DNA from: Catajapyx aquilonaris
Taxonomy: Eukaryota
Assembly (NCBI GenBank): GCA_000934665.2
Contig: KZ538637.1
Location: 1 to 64,000, forward strand
Reading direction: 5' to 3'
DNA length: 64,000 nucleotides
Positions 1 through 11,577 of the stretch are shown one piece after another. Each line of letters starts with the position of its first letter. Within the stretch, counting starts at the first letter, position 1. Below the pieces are notes generated by a model. The model was not told the origin of the DNA. It saw only the letters and a list, made by a program, of their open reading frames with translations, and made no database searches. The position numbers and the translations under genes are program-made.

Positions 1-191
1 GAAGCAGGTGTTCGAGAACAATGGATTAGACCGGAAGTGAGCTGTCAACGAGTGATTGATGATCCATTGTCTCATGAGCCGCATATATATACTACTACTG
101 TAATATATCATTTTATTGTTTAGGAAGTGGCAACTAACTAACCTAATTACATGTTAAAATTAATACTGTAAAATAATGCTGTAAAAAGGCG

Positions 192-237
192 CTTCCCCCC
201 TGTACAAGGGCCATGGCCCAACAGGGAAAAATAAAAC

Positions 238-310
<73 letters not shown>
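192..310 (+). mobile_element. 3' end of a LINE/SINE retroposon: stem-loop, AATAAA, then (TTA)n tail
   Basis: Outer stem CCCTGT(198-203)/ACAGGG(221-226) encloses inner stem GGGCC-AT-GGCCC. AATAAA follows, then about 24 TTA units (238-310). The architecture matches the tails at 6758 and 11515. No TSD was found. Confidence 0.6.
238..310. repeat. (TTA)n microsatellite
   Basis: Perfect trinucleotide run read directly from the sequence. Confidence 0.98.
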
Positions 311-312
<2 letters not shown>

Positions 313-630
313 GTCATTTTACAAGGTAATGTGCCACTTATTGTATGATATTATATTTTATTATGTATGCTCGGAAATTGTGGAGCGTTTCAGGAAAGTG
401 GTTATCATGTCTGTTGATGTAAATTATGTCACCACTACTTATATTCAGCTGATATAACTGCAATGACGTGTATTTTAACAGCTTGAAAACTTCCAACATT
501 AAAGCCGCGTTTACATGTGAGCTATTTGACAAGCGAAGTAACCAATATTGTTTGGGTTACCTACTCAGCGATGTGACCGATCGGCGAAGACTTCGCTCGT
601 CAAATCGCTCACATGTCAACGCAGCTTTAT

Positions 631-693
<63 letters not shown>

Positions 694-705
694 AATAATA
701 ATAAT
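631..705. repeat. (AAC)n then (AAT)n microsatellite (SINE tail)
   Basis: Directly visible. It produces the spurious poly-Cys ORF 557..769. Confidence 0.97.
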
Positions 706-1047
706 CCGGGTAGTGCTTTAACCCCTCTTGGGGTATATCGCACGGACCTTTATTAACCTTTGTGTACAATCTGTACGGTACATTCGGAACCTTTTTTTCG
801 AAGCGCCCTGGGCTGAGGGCAGGGTGACTGGGAGGGGATGTGCAAGGTGCAGTGCAATGTCAGTCCTTTGGTCATTTTGTGAACTCCCCCGGGTGGTTAG
901 TCTAGCGGAAATCCCACCCGAGACGAAGCCAGAGATGACCCCCAAACTCTGCACGAGATGAAGGGGGGGAATGCCCGGGCTTGTGATCGAACCCGGGACC
1001 CTTACATCCTTGAGCGCATACGTTACTGCAGCACCACTCCGCCTCCC
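631..1047 (-). mobile_element. tRNA-derived SINE, family 1, apparently full length, with (TAT)n(TGT)n tail
   Basis: The minus strand begins GGGAGGCGGAGTGG (A-box-like) and has GGTTCGATC (B-box-like). The 3' half aligns with 27378-27526 (GACATTGCACTGCACCTTGCACATCCCCTCC ... ATAAAGGTCCGTGC ... AGCACTACCCGGA). The head aligns with 21699-21771. The tail is AAC/AAT repeats at 631-705 on the + strand. Confidence 0.9.
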
Positions 1048-4000
1048 TCCCCTTTAAAATACAAAAATATGCAGATTGTTCAGTATTTACATAAGTCATG
1101 CATGGTGATACTGTACTAACTTGTAGTAAATTTACATATTACTGAGAAAGTGTATGTGACAGGTGTTGAATGTATTGTAGCCTACTACAGAATCATATAC
1201 GCGGCGTCACTTTGTTTTCATATACAGTAATGATAATATTTTATGTATACCATAGCTGTTGTCATAGAGAAAACACTTTATCAGTGTCACTTGTATGCTG
1301 TATAAATTAAATGTAATATAAAATTCGGTTGTAAATAAATTATGTCATGTTGTTTGTTGGCCTACCAATAAAATAGCATTCAGATGACACATTGGGCGTT
1401 CTGCATTCATTTGAGGCGAAAATGAATCGTAATCCATTGGTTTTAGGGCTAATTCTCCAAGTCTCAGATCGATATGTTAAGTACTTCGGTTTTTGATTTA
1501 AAAACTCATAGACGAATGTGTTGACATAGTCACGTGTAATAACAATTAGATCATTATTTTAGCAGGGAAATGTTTATCATGTTTATAACAAGTTTTTGAT
1601 TGGAATCGGAATCAGTCTGTGGCTCTCAGATTTCGAACATTTTTGCAACTTCTTCGATAAAAATAGGCTCGCTAAAGGCAACTTTTCTGACTTTAATTAA
1701 TACCAAACTAAAACTTGAAATCATAGGGGTTTTTACAACCAACCGTGACAACAATATATTTTTGGAGCGGAAAGGCACGTCGATTGACACCACAAAATAT
1801 GCTTTTGTAAAACAATGGTTTCGGGGTTATATTAATTAGCCTATATACCAGAGTATTGCATTTGCACGACTGAATATTTTTATCCAATTTGTGGTTATCA
1901 AAATACACTAGTCTTATGGTCACATTGGAATTTTTGAATAGCAGCACAACTTATAAGTTATCGAACAGCTTATTCATGACATACTGTTATCGTACTTATT
2001 ATGGGAGCATTGCGCTAAACAATAAAGACACAGGAATTCTGCACACCCTTAATACTATTATCTTTTTGTTTGGCTACCGCACAGTTAGGCGTTTTCCAAT
2101 AAATCTAGCAAGTACCGTATTACCACAATAGAGTGTGTGGGTGTGGGTGTACTTAGTTAACTACTGTATATGTTTAAGGGTTTGTAATAAAAGTATTAAA
2201 TTCTCCATTGCGTTGTACTCTCTAAATTATTATGCTATAGATGATTTTTCACTCTTGCTGCGCTTGAATAGCGCATAATGCTTTGGGAAGGGATTTCTCT
2301 TTCAAATGACTCAATCACGCAACACTCAGAGTAATTTTCCCGGTGATTTGAGTAAATATCTATCGAAATTGGAGAACGATTTTCTCAAGTATTAATAGAT
2401 TTGGGCAATTGGGATCATATTTTCACTGGAGGTGATGCTTTGTATAGAAAGAGTGAAAATTACTTAAAATAATTTGTTTACAGACAATTCATGCACTTCA
2501 AATGTAAATCAGCGTATTATGATGTGATGCAAAAGTGGCGGTAACATTTGAAGGGACATAGGTAGAGGAAATGTGCTTTATAATGTACATTGTACAACCA
2601 TATAAATGATACGTATCTTCAGCATATTTTTACTGAACTACATGCAGCTCAACAAAAATATTGTTTATTTTTGTGCTTATAAAGAAATGATGCATCAACG
2701 TGGTAAGGGCGAAAATCATGCACTGTAATCGTAATAATAGCCATCCAATAACCAATATAAAACGGTGGAAAAAAGCCAAGAAAGTACAGCCAGGCCCGAT
2801 AATACTTGTTGCATAAAGTACATTGCATGGAATATTTGTATTTTTTTTTGCTTCAAATTAACACTCACATTTTGTTGCCATTATGTTTAGGAATTAAATC
2901 CATAACACGACAGAGTACCATCATTTTGAAATGCAACAACTATCATCACATTAATGTCGAAGACATTATTGTGGCTTGACATTGCCATTACAAAAGTAAG
3001 TAGACTACTTAAAAAGTATCCCACAAATTTTAATATAGCATCATGGTGGAACATCCTTTTCGCTACCACCATAGATACTATACGTACTAGAATACTATAG
3101 GGTCTACTATACTGTACTATACAGTACTGTATGTCTACTATCGGCAAAACTTCCGAAAAATCACTAGTTTTTTCTGACGCATATAGTTATGAAAGTTTTG
3201 TAATATTTACAACACTTAACCGAGAATGTGTCTAAGTTGTTTTAACCTATTCATAATAGAATATACAAAAAAAACTGGTAGGAGTTTGGTTCTCTCCACA
3301 GGGCTTCATTCATACCTGAATGCTGTCATACTTGGTCAAGACCCCTCAAAGGTGCCGTGTGTGTGTATCAAAAATGATACCTGACTCCACTTTTTTTCTG
3401 TGAAGGGAGATATGGCATGTCAAGCAACACGTTGATAATGATACCGTATTTCTATCGGGATTGATATACGTGGTGACTATATCATATCTGCAAAAAATTG
3501 CAGGTATAGCGTATAGGCTACACTTTCAATATCCAAAGTCTAAGAGCATATTATATGGCGAGAAGTTACGGATTGTTTACTCCAGAAATCGGTTTAAAGA
3601 AAGCAACAGTGACAAAAAGTTAATATTGTCATGATTGTTACACACAACGAAACAACAGAAGTGCACCACCCTGTAGATTAGTTGCCATTGTGAATATCTG
3701 TATATTCACCGATTTATGATTGCTGAATGGTTTCAGTAGGAATAACTAAAATATTCATATTTTTAAATATGACACTAAAGATAAAATTAAATGCAAGACA
3801 TATTGCTTTTTTTACTGTGTATTTCCTGTAGCTGACATGTTGAATAAGAAGAATGCAGCATAGCGTTATCTGCAGTGTTGTTATCTTTCTGCACCAGTGT
3901 TTTCTAATTCCTTTTGATCACGACCTGCTGGTACGTGTTTTGTTCATAAAGGATTTTGCTATCATATTTTCTACAGGAACTTCCCTCAGACCTACCAGTG

Positions 4001-5328
4001 ACCCTCAAAACCTGCCTCCTGGGACTTACTTTCTGGTCACAGCTCAGACCTTATGGGAACCATTGTTCTGCACAATCCGTGGCATTTGTCCTAAGTATAC
4101 TCTCTATGTATGGAACTGGATTCTACAAGAACGCAATAATAGCCACTACCGTTGTAATATTTATTATCAATGCAGTATTTACTTCATATTCAAATTTCAA
4201 AATTTTACTCACCCTATAGTCCTGACATTTCAGAATAGTACCAGGCTGTAAATCGCACCATGACGTAATTCAAATGGGCATTTTAAAAATTGCTTCAAAA
4301 ATATCTTTGAATAAATTTTCGAATGTATTTGTTTTTACATTGATTAAAATATCAATGTAAATATAAACTTGTTTTAATGACAAACCCAGTATAGATTCTT
4401 CACTAGTTGGTTACTTGAATCAAAATATGGAGTTTGTTTACTTTTTGCGTCATTTGTAGCAGTCGCTTTTTCAAGCGTCTGACGGGAAAAAAGCATCCAC
4501 ATGAGCAAGCCAGGATTTTTAAATATTCAATATTAAAATAATTTCAATTTTAATTTCACACGTCACTGTACGCGTTCGCGACTAATGTGCGCCCTTAAAG
4601 GGGCGAAGAACCAGAAAAGTTCTATTTAAAAAAAAAATCTACTCTATAGGTTTCTTCTATGCACATAGTTACATGGAATGAGAGAGCTGATTTACTTAAA
4701 TAATAATTGTAAAGGGGTTGAAATTTAAAATTGAAATATAGCATTGCTTTTGTGCACGCTACACTTGGTAATCTCGAAATATTCAAAAGTGCTGATTTGT
4801 GGCTCTCTATCTATTCAATAATACTGCACTTAAATTCGACAAAGACGAATCAAAAGAAATACTGGCAACATTTTTTATTATTTCATATGCTCCATGCTGT
4901 TCCATCTCAATTATTGTAATTTATTGTTACAAAGAATATGCTACTGCCATAAACTGTAAGTTTTGTAAATATAAACTAATAATTTTAAAAAACTGAACAC
5001 ACGAGATGTCCCTGATCAAATAAGACTGGAACCAAGTGTCTGTGGCGAGGATGAATACAGCAATATATTGTGAAGAGAATGAAACGTGTGAAGGTCAACC
5101 TCTTCCTGACTTACATTTGACCGCCTCCAATGAACTCATGTGTTTGGGAAAGAAACTATTTGACTCTTTAAAATGGCCACATTAGACACACGGGGCCCGT
5201 TCCTGTCAGGTTGAGTATAGGAGTAATTTAGTATGTGCGTGGTTGTCAGAGTGACCCGGAGTGACTATCTCGCGGATTGACAACTTGTTCACGGATGAAA
5301 CGCGGATTGTGTGTGTGTGTGTGCGGCG

Positions 5329-5416
5329 CGCCTTTCTGAAAGAGAAATTCAAGAAATTCTCTTCGTCTGATACCGAATAGTAATCCATCATTATTACACC
5401 CTCAGTGATGAGCAAG
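5329..5416 (+). pseudogene. Possible decayed piggyBac-type transposase N-terminal fragment
   Basis: Reads RLSEREIQEILF, then SDTE after a frameshift. This resembles the acidic N-termini of piggyBac-family transposases. Recognised by eye only; short and broken. Confidence 0.3.
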
Positions 5417-5699
5417 GTATGTGTCCACTACCCCACAGACAACAATACCACCAGCTGAGAGATAGAAATATGATACACAGTTTTTCTGAAACTACACTTA
5501 GGTGTTAAATAGGCCGTAATTTGCATCATGTATACCACTGCGACGGCTATAAAAACAATATTGTAGTGGCCTTCTGTTTCACGGACACTATTCCTTGTCT
5601 TGGATATTGTTTTTACATGAAAGACGGATTACCGGTATGTGACTTTGTAAGATTCCTTTTGGATCAATGTAATTTAATACTTTGATACTTTTTCGTACC

Positions 5700-5805
5700 T
5701 GCTGGTAGCGATCACAATGCACGGAGTGTGCAGATGAAACAACCCTACATCTTTGGCGACAGTATCATATGGAATGTCGTTTGTTGCATTAATGTAACAA
5801 ACCGT
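5700..5805 (-). pseudogene. Possible decayed piggyBac C-terminal cysteine-rich domain relic
   Basis: Minus-strand pieces across frameshifts read VCYIN..KRHSI*YCRQ / DVGL....PC / CDRYQ. This resembles the CxxC..YCxxCxVGLC..CF..YH pattern of piggyBac CRDs. It needs several frameshifts. Confidence 0.25.
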
Positions 5806-6688
5806 ATATGATAATATTGCTGCAAGTAACAAATCGTGTGGTACAAGTATGCACACCTATACTTTATGGACCAAAATGCAGAGTAGTTTGTGGTTTGATA
5901 TTTTTTAAAGTGGAGGAGGGTGCAGTACCACTATTTATAATTTGCGCTCCCTTTTCTAATAAAAAGCTAAGACCGGTATTTATATTGTGTCAGAGGTAAC
6001 TTTATACAGTAACACTGCATAGGAAGGCTAAGTGTATGACTGTTGTCCTTTATAAATGTTATAACGACAAATAAGAGGGTTTTCATCTGTTGATACAATG
6101 GCCGAATAGAATACACACGGGGGATAGGAGCAAGATGTTGAAATGTCCCATATGCTTGCTCTGTCAAATGACCAACTGTTACGTTTATGGACCTTCTAAC
6201 CTAATTATGAGCCACTGTCTTCGAGGCTGATGAGATCAAAATTATCGTGTGTGTTAACTGAATGTAATGTGGGGGGCACCAGTCGGAAAAGGATGAAAAG
6301 CAATAACTAAAACCTCATTTAAAACCTTTTCAGATTTACTTTTATGCCAATTGCTGGTGCTTCCCTATAAGGGCAGTGAAAAAAAATCTGCAAATGTTCC
6401 AGTTTACCAGTAGGCAACAAGCATATAAAACCTATTACTTCTTCTAGTCCATTAGCAGCTTTAATATTCGTTCCAAATACGTACGGTACTTATGTTTACA
6501 TGATTTGTAAGCGTGACACCTTTTGTTCCACACATGGGGCAAATATGTTTGAGGACTATTCGAATTCGAAATTCTATCCTGGAACTTTATAATATTATTA
6601 TTGCCTACAGTCATGAAATGCCATGTTTTCTCTATTAGCAGAATTACTAATTACTATTATTAATAGTAGCTATCGTAGCCTTTAATTC

Positions 6689-6745
6689 GTACCAGTACGA
6701 CATGGTTAGAGTAGACAGTCTACTCTAACCATGTCGTACTGGTAC
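6689..6745. repeat. Perfect 28-bp inverted repeat with a 1-nt centre (57-bp palindrome)
   Basis: GTACCAGTACGACATGGTTAGAGTAGAC-A-GTCTACTCTAACCATGTCGTACTGGTAC, checked base by base. Confidence 0.97.
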
Positions 6746-6757
6746 TGGTACTGGTAG

Positions 6758-6788
6758 TCCCCCTAAAGGGGCGCTGCCCCATAACGGG

Positions 6789-6821
<33 letters not shown>

Positions 6822-6822
6822 A
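6758..6822 (+). mobile_element. Severely 5'-truncated retroposon insertion (3' hairpin plus (TAAA)n tail) with 15-bp TSD
   Basis: CCCCCTAAAGGGGCGCTGCCCCATAACGGGG followed by TAAA repeats. It is flanked by identical TACTGGTACTGGTAG at 6743-6757 and 6823-6837. Confidence 0.85.
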
Positions 6823-8963
6823 TACTGGTACTGGTAGGTCTGACCTACATTAACCATCAAGTCCTTCCACTTCTGACTTGCCCCGCGCAATTTTCATAAA
6901 CCCGTCGTTTGTCCTTATTCGCGTCACGTTCTCAACATGATACTAAAACAAAAAATTAAGATCAGAATGATGCCCGACTATTTGCATGATCTGACAAAAG
7001 TGGTAGGTCTACTTATCAAAAATATCGCTTGAAATGTTGCTTAAAATAGAGCCTAATAACTTATTTGGCAAAAACATTATATTGTATTTTGTACCAACAC
7101 TTGATATTTATATTAGATTTACCAATGACATAATAACCATTGTAAATTTGTAAGCATAGATACGCGCAGTAGGATGCTTAGCTTCGTCCGTGCTCAGCTG
7201 TCACAACTATACTGTATACGAGTATAAACAACCCTATATCTTGTTTATATTGATGCCAAATTAAAACGCAATAGGTTCCATACTAAAATAGGTAGGATGC
7301 ACTCGAAAATCATGATACTGTGTAAGAACTAAAGCCATTATATATCAGAGAGAGACTTATGATATTTGGGATAGTACTTATAAGTTATAATAATTATGCA
7401 ATACGACCACTACTGGACCAGAAGGGAAAGTATGCTTTATAGAATTGTCACGAAATTTGACACATTCTTGCTACGTATATCACCTGTGACGTGGCTGGTT
7501 AGACTGCAATAAAATATGAAGCAAAGAAGGAGGTGGTCAAGATTAAGCAACTAGAAAGAATCAATCTTGTGGCAGACTTATCTCACTGTGATGGAATGAC
7601 TGCCTACACCTCCGATTCCTAAGCGCGATGTGTGAGAAATGGTGACTGGACAAGTCCTTCTAGCTCCGACTGTCAAGACGAGTTTGGCACACGATCTTGT
7701 AAAACGCGTATTATGATTGTGTAAGGTGAAGGGACCGGTTTCTTTTCATGTAACTTCCCCTCAGGTGGCGGCAGGTGTTGACGCACATGTTATGCTGCGT
7801 GCCTAGTAGGCTGCTGCACAATACCGGGTGGGTTAGGAGAAGAAATTTATGAGAGACAACTGTCACTATATATTATTATTATGCTGCATATTTTTTTAAA
7901 TAGATTATAAAATTGCTAACAACCTAATTTTGTTGTGTTTCGCTTGTGGTCGTTTTCGTGTTTGTTATAAAATCGTTGTCATTTTGAATTACCTCGTGTT
8001 TCTGAATTTTAGTATATAGGCCTACTGTTTATTATGATAGTCTGTGTAGTGAGTGAATGTTTTACACAGCGTTGTAGTTCTATGGCGGTACATATATATC
8101 AAACATTCACATTATATATTTTTTTTAGAGAGGAAAGTCCTTGTGATTGTGGGTCGTATATTCATGCAAGGTATACTATTTAGTAAATGAAACACTTTGA
8201 CACCTTAGCTGTCGCAATAATACAAAGTTTTGTGTGTTGGGCATTTCACGTGAAGAGGGCCACTTTTTCCTCCGTCCACACCTATTTTCATGATATTCGG
8301 TACATACTGTATGCTTATGTAGTACCAAGCAGCTGTTGACCAAACCGTTTACCAACTTCACTATACTTTAAACAATGCTACCGAAGATATTTGAGTTTAA
8401 GTAATTTTGAGTTGTCAAATGCATGTTTTTGTCAATGATTTGTACTGTACAAACTATTTATACAAAGCACTATGTGAATGTTCATAAATGAATAATTGTG
8501 CAGCATAGCACAGAAAGTGACCGTACATCGCAGATTTCAAATGTGCATACTGCAGTTTCCAAGTCCTTTTATCGTGAAGACAGAGGTGGTTGCGACATAC
8601 TGTACTGTACCATGCATTTACAATGTCCACGGAATGGCTACTTTAATATAACTGTAGCGGACGTGATCGGCAACACTGTATTATTGATATGCAATTAAAT
8701 TTTTGAGTGAATAGAGAGGTTTCTAAATGCATTCATAATATTTGGAGTTGAAACGAATGCAAATATCATGGTAACAAGTTTGCAATCATTAAGTTGCATT
8801 AAGCCAATAACTATCCGTTATTTTAAATTATTTTTACACAGTGCAAAAAAATTTGAATCGCGACTGGCCGTACTATTTATTCAACTTTTTTCCATTACAA
8901 TACCGCAGAAGAGAGTAAGTCCATGTTGTGTAGTCCTAAGCGATAGGTCATGTAGTAGAGTTG

Positions 8964-9244
8964 ATCCAACATTGAAAGACAGATCCAACCTACCGCCTTA
9001 CCTGAATAATGCCACCCAATCCGGAAAACCCACTGCGATAACTGAGGGCGATAAATATCTGGGCAAGACCGGAGTTGTCATGTCTTGACTCTTGATAATT
9101 TCCGAGGTACCTTCTGCCATATGCTTGTCATATGCTATATGACAACTCTGCGTCTTGCTGAACCTTCAGTTATCGCGGTGGGAGATCCGGAGAGGGTGGT
9201 ATTAAGATAAGGCGGTGGGTTCAATCTGCCTTTTAATGTTGGAT
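8964..9244. mobile_element. Degenerate fold-back/MITE-like element with about 110-bp inverted arms
   Basis: Arm 8964-9081 aligns with the reverse complement of 9139-9244 (ATCCAACATT, ACCGCCTTA, CCACCC, TCCGGA, GCGATAACTGA, GCAAGAC, GAGTTGTCAT). The spacer is about 57 bp. No TSD was resolved. Confidence 0.8.
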
Positions 9245-11321
9245 TCAGCAGTATACGGAATACACTATTCTTCTACGTCGTGAGACCTTTGGACTTTCGC
9301 ATTCAAATGTGGAACCTACACCTTGATGATGCTATTAATAATTATTATGTACAGTAATTTTACAATGCATACGTATGAACATCTTTTGAATAAAAGTAAT
9401 TTGATTATCATTATTTGACTTATTAGGTTTTATTCCACATTTTAGGCCTGCTTTTAATTAACTAATTGCACTCTTTATAACAATTATTACGGTACTTGAT
9501 GGGATAAATTCTCTTATTGCGAAAGTATAATAAGTTAGATGTCTAGGCCTAGTCCTTGTCGCTAGTTATGATCATCCTTAAAATGAGTTTAAAACACTGA
9601 TCTTCTACTATTATTTTAGCTACTTGACTGCTTGGTAATACAATTAGACCTAGTCAAAGGATCATAATAAGTGTGACCGCTGCTAATTAATTCCTTCTCG
9701 TGCAATTCATCCCGTAGTTGGCGAATATAATAAATAAATTGAAATAATAAAGTATATGATTTAATATGGGAACACACCTCTATATCCTCACATTTTTATG
9801 ACAATGAATTAAAAACAAATCCAGGGAAAATACTGTATTTGAAATAGTACAATTATTGTATCTCATTACAATATTTCCTCGAGAAAAGAATTTTCGTTTT
9901 ACTCGCTTCTGAGACACTCAAATGCATTTGAACAACGAATCATCCTGCTCATTATTCAAATCACTAACGTGCATTTCCGAAGCTGACAATTCAGTTCAAA
10001 CCAAAAAATGATCTCAGACTCACCGGCATATAAAAGATTGCATTATGCACCTGCAAAAATCCCCAAAATTAAACACTCATTAGGGTTATCTTGCGTCTCT
10101 CCCACCTTAATGAACAAGTTAATTTGATTGCTAACACCAGAGAGTCAGATAATTTGTGAAAAAAAATCGCAGGTTGCGATAGCCATTCGAAAATGCATAG
10201 CCATGCAGATAATGTGATGTTGGTCGAACACATTAAGATGAAGAAATCGCGCAATTTGCAAGCACGGAAGCCCAGAGAGTGTGTTGCTTCTTTTCTTTTT
10301 CCCCCAGACCATCATAATTCTTTCATTTGGAGGGCGCTGGCACTTAATGGAGGATCATTACTTGGGAAAAATGGGGGCGTCGGGGTGCGCTGTAATTATC
10401 CCGCCAAGACTCACAAAAGAAACCCTTTTAAGGCGATAATCAGAGAGCAGAGGTGGAAGAGGAGGCCCAACGAGCCGCTGGGGTCCACACAATAATTATT
10501 TATTATCCCCCTCGCTCACACGCCTTCCATCTTCCACACCTTCCTTTTTTCCCTTCCATTCTTCCACTCTCGTAAGAAAAAATATATATACTGAGGGGGC
10601 TTGGAAGAAGAAAAAAAACAAAAAAACGGGGCCTAGCTTATGTAAGACTTAGGAAAATGTCTCGTGAGATTTGTTGTGGTAAACCTCACTGAAAATAACA
10701 GATGGCCGTATGTGCTTTTCATGGAGTTGAAAATGAGCAAATGAGACTTCTACCACCCTCTTTCTTCGCGGTATAACTTACAAGTTGCAAAAAAAAAAAA
10801 CAAAAAACAAAAAAAAAAAAAAAACGAGCCTTAAGGCAGTTATCACATCAATATTCTGGATGTCTACAAGAGTGTTTTTAATTAGTGGGAGTAATTAAGG
10901 GGGCAGACCCAAATCGTCATTGATTCCATTCTGACGAAATAATACGGTGGGATTGACGTTTCAGTCATTTGACTTCCTCGGTGGGCTAAGAAAAGTGTCG
11001 TCGACGAGAGAAGAATATTGGACGGAGAGCTTATTTTCTAATTGCATTAGGCTTTGAAAATGAATTGACTGGATTAGATGCGGATTTGAGAAACATTTGT
11101 TCCGGGTTATTAATTTGGAGAAACTCTTGCCAGATTATTGCTTGGAGCTTTATTCGTGTTGAGAAGAGTTTGACGAAAATGACTTGTTATATGGCGTGAC
11201 TTTATATTATTGTGATAAGAGCAATGATGGAGATGGTATTATAGTAATGGATTCTATAATTGCTTGAATAATTGGCAGTATTTACACGCAGATCCATGTT
11301 TCATATCAGTTTAAAAATACT

Positions 11322-11577
11322 ACCGAAGCAGGTTGGTGTAGGAGATAAGGAGCCCGCCTGCTAATCGGGAGGTCCTGGGTTCGAATCCCGGGGCCATGGT
11401 TTTCTGTGGTTTTCCATGGTCTTCCCCAGGACAATTCCGGGGTCGTTTCCGTACAAATAGGCCACAGCCGCTTCCTTCCTTCCCTATCCCTTGTCCCATC
11501 CAATGGTGGTAATCCACCCCCCTAAGGGAGCCAAAGGCTCTAGCACGGGGTGTGATAAATAATAAAAATAAAAATAA
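11322..11577 (+). mobile_element. tRNA-derived SINE, family 2, full length with 17-bp TSD
   Basis: Head has GGTTGGTGTAGGAG (A-box-like) and GGGTTCGAATCCC (B-box). The central TTTTCTGTGGTTTTCC...AGGCCACAGCCGCTTCCTTCC block resembles insect SINE bodies such as termite Talua (from memory). It ends in a 3' hairpin and A-rich tail. TSD ATCAGTT(T/G)AAAAATACT lies at 11305-11321 and 11578-11594 with 1 mismatch. Confidence 0.92.

Noticed and set aside
1..40. Open frame KQVFENNGLDRK* at the window edge; possible terminal exon or Penelope-like RT relic
   Set aside because: Only 12 codons and truncated by the window, so it cannot be distinguished from chance.
557..769. Poly-Cys ORF; also poly-Asn 27495..27680, ER/SL ORFs 30301-30701 and poly-P/E/G ORFs 42753-43241
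   Set aside because: These are translations of AAC, TAT, CT and CCT microsatellites.
3667..3679. ACCCTGTAGAT, resembling the start of miR-10
   Set aside because: The match stops after 11 nt and there is no precursor hairpin. It is better read as a lone CACCACCCTG-TA mariner-type TIR end.
6228..6255. CTGATGAG, a possible hammerhead ribozyme core
   Set aside because: The required GAAA after stem II is absent.
11324..11395. tRNA gene (A box, B box, T-arm); likewise 975-1047 and 21699-21771
   Set aside because: No complete acceptor stem was evident. The 11.3 kb and 1 kb copies continue into SINE bodies and tails, and 21699 matches the SINE head.
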